A stretch of DNA of 64,000 bases from Myxococcota bacterium (lineage in GTDB: Bacteria > Myxococcota_A > Polyangia > Nannocystales > Nannocystaceae). The translations under genes were made by a program, and so were the position numbers. Location: assembly GCA_039028615.1 (NCBI GenBank), contig JBCCHT010000017.1, positions 1-64,000 on the forward strand, in the 5' to 3' direction. Positions within the stretch are counted from its first letter, which is position 1. Every line of letters begins with the position of its first letter. Positions 57,177-64,000 of the stretch are shown here, piece after piece. The notes beneath the pieces were generated by a model. The model was not told where the DNA came from and did no database searches. It was given only the letters and a program-made list of their open reading frames with translations.

Positions 57177-57359
57177 CGGGACGGTCAGGTCCTGCGGCAC
57201 CGTGACATTGGCTTTGGGCACTTCGGCAAATCCTACCTTCTGTTCGCGGGATGGACCCCTACGCGAGCGATCTCCGCCCGTTGATCCGCCACGGCTGCCG
57301 GCCCCGGTGGTGTACAATGGCGCGGCATCGGCGGGCTGGGACCCGCGTTCGACCACCCC

Positions 57360-57833
57360 ATGAGCGCTCTCCAAGGTTTCCCCAAGTCCTACACTCCGCG
57401 CGATGATGGCGGCGTCGACTTCCTGTGCAATGCACGGGTCTACCCGGCAGAAGCCATCTTTGCCGCCACATATGCGCTGCTCGACCGCGGCTACTTCCGC
57501 ATCGACCGCGACGACGACGGCAATCACATCATCCAGATCCACGCGCGGGAGGGCGAGTCAGTCCGAGATATCGTTGGGAGCCTCACCAATGAGCTGCTCT
57601 CTGCGGTCTGCAGGACCCACCTGCACCAGCGCAAAGAGGTGATCCTGGAGGCGGTGACCCTCGCGTCCATGGCGGGGGCCGTCGGACGCCCCGACCTCGA
57701 CGACCTCGAGGACTTCGACTTCTCCGAGGAGGGCCTCGACGATCCCCTCGGAATCGCCGTTTCCTGGGAAGAAAAGTACAAAAGTCCGAAAACGACCGCA
57801 TCTGAGCCCAAATCGGGCAAGGAGCCCTCATGA
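57360..57833 (+). CDS. hxsD: HxsD-like protein
   Basis: VYPAEAIFAATYALLDRGYF...LTNELL...DDPLGIAVSWEEKY. Confidence 0.8.
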   Translation: MSALQGFPKSYTPRDDGGVDFLCNARVYPAEAIFAATYALLDRGYFRIDRDDDGNHIIQIHAREGESVRDIVGSLTNELLSAVCRTHLHQRKEVILEAVTLASMAGAVGRPDLDDLEDFDFSEEGLDDPLGIAVSWEEKYKSPKTTASEPKSGKEPS

Positions 57834-58048
57834 ACATGCGACTCCACAGCGAGATCTACACCGAGGCGTCCGTATCCGCCGCGGTCGAGGCCTTCACGGA
57901 CTACTCCACCGTGAAAATGTCGCAGGATTCCAACTACTGGGTGGTCACCGTAGAGGACGAAGACCCCGAGCGGGCGCAGCTGATCGCGCACGAATTGGGG
58001 AACATGGCCCTCGGTTTGTCGATCGACGCCGGCGGATCAGCGCGCTAG
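57830..58048 (+). CDS. Short HxsD-like protein
   Basis: LHSEIY...V..AVEAF...ELGNMALG; ATGA overlap with the upstream hxsD. Confidence 0.65.
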   Translation: MNMRLHSEIYTEASVSAAVEAFTDYSTVKMSQDSNYWVVTVEDEDPERAQLIAHELGNMALGLSIDAGGSAR

Positions 58049-58138
58049 CCGCTATCTCGGGGCCGATCGACAAGAACGAGCGAGTTGTCGCTGTCGACCC
58101 CACCTCGAATGGTTTGGATGGTAAGGTAATCAAGTTCC

Positions 58139-58558
58139 ATGGCCGACCCCAAGACGAAGAAAAAGAACGGCCTGCCAACTTTCAAAAAGGGGGTGGGTGG
58201 TCAATTGACGGCGTCGGATCGGTCGCTGACCGACCGGGCGCTCGCGCTCGCGGAATCGGGACAGGGTCCGGTCTTCTTGGCCGACGCGTCTTCGATCGTC
58301 GCGCCGCAGCACGCGAGTCACGGTTCGCACGGTTCGCACGGTAGCCACGGTTCGCACGGTAGCCACGGCTCGCACGGTAGCCACGGTTCGCACGGTAGCC
58401 ACGGTTCGCACGGTAGCCACGGCTCGCACGGTAGCCACGGTTCGCACGGTAGCCACGGCTCGCACGGTAGCCACGGTTCGCACGGTAGCCACGGCTCGCA
58501 CGGTAGCCACGGTTCGCACGGTAGCCACGGTTCGCACGGCAGCCACGGTTCCTGGTAG
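58139..58558 (+). CDS. hxsA: His-Xaa-Ser repeat precursor HxsA (57-aa leader + HAS + 26x HGS + W)
   Basis: Translation; counted in DNA as 26 nine-nt units from 58319 to 58552. Confidence 0.9.
   Translation: MADPKTKKKNGLPTFKKGVGGQLTASDRSLTDRALALAESGQGPVFLADASSIVAPQHASHGSHGSHGSHGSHGSHGSHGSHGSHGSHGSHGSHGSHGSHGSHGSHGSHGSHGSHGSHGSHGSHGSHGSHGSHGSHGSW
58310..58552 (+). repeat. 9-nt/18-nt tandem repeat encoding (HxS)27
   Basis: CACGGTAGC alternates with CACGG(T/C)TCG. Confidence 0.95.
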
Positions 58559-58590
58559 CGACCCCGCTCGAAACGTCTTGGTGAAAACGC

Positions 58591-58622
58591 AGCCTCCGCC
58601 CCGTGGCGGGGGCTTCGTATTG
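58591..58622 (+). terminator. Hairpin terminator after hxsA
   Basis: AGCCTCCGCC-CCGT-GGCGGGGGCT followed by TCGTATT. Confidence 0.6.
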
Positions 58623-58629
58623 GTTCGAA

Positions 58630-59475
58630 CTACTTTCGCAGATAGTGGAAGTAAACGTTGGCCGGCGTCGGGTGAAGTGCCCGTCGCTCGTAGACATACG
58701 AAGCGATCCACGGCCGCAAGATGCCCGCGCCCGCGGCATCGAGGCGCTCGTTCATCGTCGTCATCATCGCGCGCAGCTTCGGATCGAGCGGGAGCCGTCC
58801 CTCGAGGAGCTCCGCCGATGCGGAGTGGAAGTACACCTGGCGCCGCTGGCTATGCACGCACTGCTGGAAGACCAGATAGCGACACCCGAGCACCAGCGTT
58901 CGGAAGGCGGTGAAGTTGCCGATCACCCGCGGCAGCCGTTTCGCGTCGAGCCGCACGTAGACCTTGAAGTCGTGCAGGCCCGAGGCATTGAAGTCGAGCC
59001 CGAGGATGCACATCGAGCTCGTGTCCAACGAGGGCGGCAGCTCGGGCGCCCCCACGGCCGCACGAAAGGCCTCCACCGTCTGGGCCGCAGGCCCGCGGAA
59101 CACCAAGTAATACTTCAGTCGTAGGGACGGCTCGGCCTCGATGCCCAGCACCACCTGGCGCACCGCGGGCGCATGGGCGCCGCCCTCGGAGAGCACGCGC
59201 CAAAACTCCTTCGGGATCGATACGCCCAGCGCTGCGACGATCGATTCGAAGCGCGTATTGGCCAGCGAGATCATCTCGCCCGACGGCGTCGCATCGAAGT
59301 AACAGGTCTCGCGCCAGGGTCGGAGCTCGCCGCCCATCCACGCCGAGTACTCCTCGAAGCTCGGCGGCGGTCCGTCGCCGCGGACCAACGCATCGAAGCG
59401 CGAGAAGCTGGCGGGTGCTTCGCCCCCGACCTCCGTCAAGGCTTCGAGCAGCGGGCTTCGGTGGCTCACCTCCAC
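58630..59475 (-). CDS. Hypothetical protein, possible LynF/TruF/PatF-like (ABBA-fold) prenyltransferase
   Basis: Strand pattern QVVLGIE...RLKYYLVF...ILGLDF...G..DFKVY...RQVYF...ANVYF. Confidence 0.5.
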   Translation of the reverse strand: MEVSHRSPLLEALTEVGGEAPASFSRFDALVRGDGPPPSFEEYSAWMGGELRPWRETCYFDATPSGEMISLANTRFESIVAALGVSIPKEFWRVLSEGGAHAPAVRQVVLGIEAEPSLRLKYYLVFRGPAAQTVEAFRAAVGAPELPPSLDTSSMCILGLDFNASGLHDFKVYVRLDAKRLPRVIGNFTAFRTLVLGCRYLVFQQCVHSQRRQVYFHSASAELLEGRLPLDPKLRAMMTTMNERLDAAGAGILRPWIASYVYERRALHPTPANVYFHYLRK

Positions 59476-59522
59476 CAGCCTACCGCCAACCCGCCTGCGG
59501 TTTCGTGATAACGTGCCGAGCC

Positions 59523-60407
59523 GTGTCCAGCGCAGGTGCCGAAGCTCGCCCGCGTTCGCCCCTGGTCCCGAGTACCGGGCAAGACCGGTTCTTCGACTAT
59601 TGCCTCCAGCCCTATCCGCCGCGCTGCGATCCCGCCGGGAAGCTCCGCGGCGAGAGCCTGCTGTGGAACAGCCTGCAGGTCGCGGGCCTGAGCGAAGCCG
59701 AGTACGCGGCCTTCGACGCCATTCGGGAGGCCGCTGGCCGGGACATGACCGTCTTCGGCGTGAAGTGGTTCGACGGGCGGCTGTCCTGGGAGATGTACTT
59801 CTACGACCCGCAGCGCGACGACGAGCAGATCACCGCCGCCGCGCTCCGTCAGGCTCTGAAGGGCGTGCTCGACCTGCGCCCCTACGTCCCCGACAGCACG
59901 CGCTACTTCATGTACAGCTTCGATCTCGACGCCGCCTCCGTGCGCGCCGCCTCCGTGCCCGAGATCAACGTGTACCTCCAGTTCCACGAGGGCCAGGGCG
60001 GGCACTCCTACGCCCTGCGCGAGGACTCCTGCGAGCTCCGCAACACCTATCGCTTCCACGAGCCCAAGCGGGAGATCGACGCGATCCTCCATCAGGTGCG
60101 GCGCAGCATGTGGGTCGACTTCTCCACCGTGCGCCTCGCCGACATCGTGCTCCCCGAGCTGTACGAGTGCATGAAGATCTGCGTCGCCAAGAAGCGCTAT
60201 GCGGATGCCATCTACTACTCGGGCATCAGCATCGATCAGCTGCGCTGGTTCCTGCATCGCTTCGAGTATCCCGACGCGGTGCGGTCCTTCGTCGACGAGC
60301 ACCACGCCGACTTCGCCCACCTGCTCTTCGACGTCGGCATCGACTATCGCAGCGGGCCCGACGGGCGCCTCGAGTACCCGAAGACGGGCTACTACTCCAC
60401 GCTCTGA
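59523..60407 (+). CDS. Hypothetical aromatic-rich protein (paralogue of 61683..62582)
   Basis: FDYCL.PY, KLRGESLLWNSL, TVFGVK, WEMYFYD, YYSGISIDQL, HLLFDVG; start uncertain. Confidence 0.7.
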   Translation: MSSAGAEARPRSPLVPSTGQDRFFDYCLQPYPPRCDPAGKLRGESLLWNSLQVAGLSEAEYAAFDAIREAAGRDMTVFGVKWFDGRLSWEMYFYDPQRDDEQITAAALRQALKGVLDLRPYVPDSTRYFMYSFDLDAASVRAASVPEINVYLQFHEGQGGHSYALREDSCELRNTYRFHEPKREIDAILHQVRRSMWVDFSTVRLADIVLPELYECMKICVAKKRYADAIYYSGISIDQLRWFLHRFEYPDAVRSFVDEHHADFAHLLFDVGIDYRSGPDGRLEYPKTGYYSTL

Positions 60408-60413
60408 GACCCC

Positions 60414-61643
60414 ATGGCTATCGATCTCCTCGTGATGCTCGACGACGACGGCCCGGCTCCGGGTGCGCTGCGAGGCTCGAGCACGCCCGGTCCCGAGTTC
60501 ACCCCGCGACCCTTCCTCGACTTTTGTAGGGGCGTCGGCGAAACGCTGCCCTACGAGCGACTCGTCTTCGTGGGCGATGGCGAGCCGCTCGAGCGCTATG
60601 GCTTCTCGGCCGTCGAAGCTGCTCACGAGGCCGGGTTCCGCAACATCCGCCTGCATACCCGACCCTGGCGGCTCACCGATCCGCGCCAGGCCTACGCCGT
60701 GGTCAACACCGGGGTCAGCGAGATCTGCGTGGGGCTGCACTCCACCGATCCCGAGCTCCACGATCGCCTCTGCGACCGCCCCGAGGACTTCCGCGCCGCT
60801 CAGCGGTGCCTTCGCAACATCGCCAAGCTCGAGGCCGAGGCCTCCGTGCACGTCGTCATGACCCGCGCCAACCTCGACCAGCTCGCCGATATCGCACGGC
60901 TCGCCATCGAGTCCGAGGCCCAGCGCGTCGAGTTTTGGGCCCATGCGCCCCTCGACCCCGAGCCCGAGCTGCGGGAGCTGCTCGCCCCGCTCGACGAGCT
61001 CGTCCCGCGACTGCTCGAAGCCGTCGATGTCTGCGAAGCCGGTCGAGTCCAGACCGCGATTCACCACGTCCCCGTCTGCCTGCTCGGCCGCGCGGGCGCG
61101 CTCGTGGACAACCACGAGCCCCACGACTTCCTGCCTCGGGCCGACTCGCGAGCGCGGCCGCGCTTCAACTGCCTGCACGAAGCGCAGTGCGACACCTCCG
61201 AGATCTGCCTCGGGTTGAGCCACGCCCACGTCAGTCGTTTCGGCTGGGAGCTGGAGCGCCTTCGGCCCGCCCCGCGCACGCGACCGTGGCGGGCCCGCGA
61301 CCGCAGCGTCGTGCGGATCGGCGAGCACGGCAGCGCCCCGCATGGTCACGCCCAGTGGCTCGCCCTGCTCGGACCCCACGCCGAGGGTGTCGAAGGCATC
61401 GTCCTCACCCGAGACGAAGCCCGCTACCCCATGCAGATGCCCGACGGCACCCGCTTCGACCTGCTCGTCACCGCCCGGGACGAGACCTCGCGGACCTTCG
61501 AGCAAAGCCGCTCCTTCAACCTCTCGTATACCGACGTCGAGGGCTCCGCGGGCGAACGCGCCATCGCGACCTTCCTCGAGCCCATCTTCCGCACCATCAC
61601 CGCCAACGACGACGGCACCCTCTCGCTGGATGCGAGAGTCTAG
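60414..61643 (+). CDS. Degenerate HxsC-like radical SAM-fold protein lacking CxxxCxxC, with extra C-terminal domain
   Basis: GDGEPL, VGLHS..PELHD, RANL, HVPVCL, C....QC...EICLG retained. Confidence 0.7.
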   Translation: MAIDLLVMLDDDGPAPGALRGSSTPGPEFTPRPFLDFCRGVGETLPYERLVFVGDGEPLERYGFSAVEAAHEAGFRNIRLHTRPWRLTDPRQAYAVVNTGVSEICVGLHSTDPELHDRLCDRPEDFRAAQRCLRNIAKLEAEASVHVVMTRANLDQLADIARLAIESEAQRVEFWAHAPLDPEPELRELLAPLDELVPRLLEAVDVCEAGRVQTAIHHVPVCLLGRAGALVDNHEPHDFLPRADSRARPRFNCLHEAQCDTSEICLGLSHAHVSRFGWELERLRPAPRTRPWRARDRSVVRIGEHGSAPHGHAQWLALLGPHAEGVEGIVLTRDEARYPMQMPDGTRFDLLVTARDETSRTFEQSRSFNLSYTDVEGSAGERAIATFLEPIFRTITANDDGTLSLDARV

Positions 61644-61682
61644 ATTGCGAGCCCTCGGCGCCGCGCATACCCTCTGAAGGCG

Positions 61683-62582
61683 TTGTCCTCCTCGGAAAAG
61701 CCCGCGGCCTCTTCATCGCCCGACGTCGAGCTCTACCCGGCGAGCGAGCACGACGTTCATATCGGCGTCAGCTTCGACACCTACCGGTTGTTGCGACCGA
61801 TCCAGGGCAAGATCCGCGCCGAGAACCTGCTGTGGAACTCGCTGTCGCACGCGGGGGTGCGCGAGACCTGGGAGGCGCCGCTGCGGGCAATTCAGTCGCT
61901 CGTGGGGCGTGACCGTACGATCTGGACGGTCGTGCTGGACCACGAATCGGGGGCGCTGTCGTGGGAGATCCGGGTGCTCAACGACGACGACGGTCGTGGC
62001 GCGCTCGGAGTATTTGGCCCGCTGCGCGAAGCCTTGATGCCTGGCGTCGAGCTGCCGGCCGTCGAGAGCCTGCCCGAGTATGCGGTGCTCACTCTGCGTT
62101 TCGATGCCACCTCGGCGCAGTCACCCGCGATGGCCATCGAGCTTCATCAGCCGGGTGCGACGCCGCGGCAGATGCAGCTGTCGCGGATCGATGGCGACGG
62201 GCTCCACCCCATCGGTCACGACGTCGCTCTGCACCCCAAGCGGGACATTCACGACGTGCTCGCGCAGATCAAGGACAGTCGCTTCGTCGACTACTCCAAG
62301 GATCGGCAGCTCCTCGGGCGGGCCTTGGTGCCCGAGCTGTTCGCGTGCCGCAGGGTCTACGTCGGGCGGCGGGATGACTGCGACGTGCTCGGGTTTTCGG
62401 GGATCAACATCGACCAGCTGAAGTTCGTGCATGCACGCTTCGAGTTTCCGGAGGCGATGCGGGCTTATCTCAACGATCACCGCGATCGGCTCGAGCACAT
62501 CATGTTCGATGTGACTACGGAGTACGTGGGTCGCGATGGGAAGATCGCCAATCTTCGGACCGGGTTTCGCTCGTGTTTCTAG
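61683..62582 (+). CDS. Hypothetical protein (diverged paralogue of 59523..60407)
   Basis: KIRAENLLWNSL, GRDRTIW, VPELFAC, FSGINIDQL, HIMFDV. Confidence 0.7.
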   Translation: MSSSEKPAASSSPDVELYPASEHDVHIGVSFDTYRLLRPIQGKIRAENLLWNSLSHAGVRETWEAPLRAIQSLVGRDRTIWTVVLDHESGALSWEIRVLNDDDGRGALGVFGPLREALMPGVELPAVESLPEYAVLTLRFDATSAQSPAMAIELHQPGATPRQMQLSRIDGDGLHPIGHDVALHPKRDIHDVLAQIKDSRFVDYSKDRQLLGRALVPELFACRRVYVGRRDDCDVLGFSGINIDQLKFVHARFEFPEAMRAYLNDHRDRLEHIMFDVTTEYVGRDGKIANLRTGFRSCF

Positions 62583-63394
62583 GCGGGCGGCTCGGTGGGA
62601 TTGCGCTGGTCTTCGGGCTTGGTGCCGTCGGCTGCAGCAAGCCCGTCTCCGGGCCGACGACGGGGGAGCCACCGCGGGAACAGAGCGTGGCGCGGGCACC
62701 CGAGGTCCTCGATCCGCCGCGAGCCGTGCCTGCGCGCTCGGGGCCGTGCCCGGATGGGATGATCTTGCTCGAACCGGCACCTGACGACGGGTTGGAGGCG
62801 TTTTGTCTCGGGGAGATCGAGGTGACGGTTGCGGAGTATCGGCGGTGTTTGGAGGCCGGGGTTTGTGATGCGATCGATCCCGATTTGATGGACCCGCCGC
62901 GCAAGGCGACGTTGTTGGGGGACGATGATCAGATGCCGATCAACTTCATCGGGGGGGATGAAGGGACGCAGTATTGTGGGTTCATCGGCGGGCGGCTACC
63001 GACCGAGGCGGAGTGGACGTGGGCAGCGGAGTCGGGCAAGGGCCAGCAGTACCCTTGGGGGAGCCAGACCGAATCCGACAAAGAATACTATTGCGGCGCC
63101 TGGATACGGCCGGGGCAGAACTTCACGGACCCCATTCCGTGCCGTGCTCGCCAATACTCCACAGATCGCACGGAGCAAGGGATCTACGACATGATGGGCA
63201 GCCTCAACGAGATCGTGGCTCAGGATGACGAAGGGAACTACGGTTCTGCTCACCCGCCTGCGACCAAGGGGACAGAGCCGAATCCGTCGAAAGTGGAATA
63301 CGTATCGAACAAGCGGACCTTCACTTTCCGCGGCTGGCCGTTCATGTACCAGGACCATCTGGGCCTACGCTGCGCCGGCACGCCAACACCGTAG
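62573..63394 (+). CDS. Formylglycine-generating enzyme (SUMF1/FGE-sulfatase) domain lipoprotein
   Basis: GAVGC lipobox; CPDGM, EVTVAEY, GGRLPTEAEW, YPWG, GIYDMMG, LGLRCA. Confidence 0.85.
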   Translation: MFLGGRLGGIALVFGLGAVGCSKPVSGPTTGEPPREQSVARAPEVLDPPRAVPARSGPCPDGMILLEPAPDDGLEAFCLGEIEVTVAEYRRCLEAGVCDAIDPDLMDPPRKATLLGDDDQMPINFIGGDEGTQYCGFIGGRLPTEAEWTWAAESGKGQQYPWGSQTESDKEYYCGAWIRPGQNFTDPIPCRARQYSTDRTEQGIYDMMGSLNEIVAQDDEGNYGSAHPPATKGTEPNPSKVEYVSNKRTFTFRGWPFMYQDHLGLRCAGTPTP

Positions 63395-64000
63395 TCACAG
63401 TTTGAGTTCGACGTGAAAGCGATCGAAGTCTTGAGCCAAATATCCCTTGGACTCGAACTCCTCATCGATGACCCCCGCAAGTTCAAACTCGACCTTCACG
63501 TCGAGTCCTTTGAACTCGGCATCGAGATAGGCGCCGAAGCGCTCGTCGTCGACATCGAAGATGAATCCCATCATCGCATCGAGCCCCAGGGACACGGTCA
63601 CGGTAATCGATCCGAGAAGGTCATAGTCTTCACCGAAGATCAGCTCGTCAAAGTCAGCCTTTCCAACCCCCGTCCACCTGAGCATTCCCCCAACCTCGAA
63701 CGTTGAGGCTCCCGGCTTTCCAGTACCAAACGACGGGATCTTCTTGTCCGGGTGCTCCACACGATAGTCTGGCGTGCCTCCGACGTCCCCAGAGAAAGAG
63801 CCCTCGAATTTGATGGAGCCTAAACGGGAGCGGATTTTATCGGGCAGCTTGTCCAGAATCTTGCGACCGATCTTTGACCGCTTCAGGTAGTTGAGGAGCT
63901 TCGAGAACGAGATCTCCATCTCCACCGAGCACTTCGCCAGCGGAGTGGCATCGACGAAGAAGAAGAACCCAAAGTAGCTCCGAAAATCTCTCTTCGTTCC
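63395..64000 (-). CDS. Partial hypothetical protein (3' end; runs off the window edge)
   Basis: Frame stays open from 64000 to the stop at 63395; visibly more AT-rich than the rest of the window. Confidence 0.65.
   Translation of the reverse strand, partial: GTKRDFRSYFGFFFFVDATPLAKCSVEMEISFSKLLNYLKRSKIGRKILDKLPDKIRSRLGSIKFEGSFSGDVGGTPDYRVEHPDKKIPSFGTGKPGASTFEVGGMLRWTGVGKADFDELIFGEDYDLLGSITVTVSLGLDAMMGFIFDVDDERFGAYLDAEFKGLDVKVEFELAGVIDEEFESKGYLAQDFDRFHVELKL

Noticed and set aside
58310..58552. CRISPR array
   Set aside because: Contiguous 9-nt units with no spacers, in frame within hxsA, and no cas genes
58130..58739. Antisense ORFs with VRTVAT or RANRGY repeats
   Set aside because: Reverse-strand shadows of the HGS repeat; hxs context and terminator support the + strand
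296..62780. Many long Arg/Pro/Ala-rich overlapping ORFs (e.g. 9517..12183, 27598..30075, 42506..45049, 59466..61505)
   Set aside because: Typical high-GC alternative-frame or antisense shadows of genes with clear motifs

Overview
GC-rich, myxobacterial-type DNA (MYXO-CTERM proteins, Cys-rich repeat proteins, Ser/Thr kinase; taxonomy inferred from gene content only). The window opens with tRNA-Ser(GCT), murE and several secreted proteins or lipoproteins. It holds two peptide-modification (RiPP-type) systems. (1) A tightly coupled minus-strand operon at about 14.9-22.8 kb: a 54-aa double-glycine precursor (core RSANCIVVACNISAVEPSPN), radical SAM/SPASM enzyme, DUF692/MNIO enzyme, YcaO, TfuA, second YcaO, GNAT and TylF-like methyltransferase. 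I do not recognise this enzyme combination from any characterised pathway. (2) A greatly expanded His-Xaa-Ser (hxs) locus at about 42.5-62.6 kb: a precursor with HAS+(HGS)x26, HxsB, three HxsD-like proteins, six HxsC-like radical SAM paralogues (one with a B12 domain and two radical SAM domains, one fused to a methyltransferase, two lacking CxxxCxxC), an HExxH protein, a possible LynF/TruF-like prenyltransferase and a pair of unknown paralogues. Between them is a nonulosonate (neuABC-like) surface-glycan block with an atypical WaaA-like transferase, carbamoyltransferase, deacetylase, TPR protein and sulfotransferase. An orphan EGSCG-repeat lipoprotein resembles an MNIO-substrate metallophore precursor. 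All calls come from reading motifs by eye; no database search was run.
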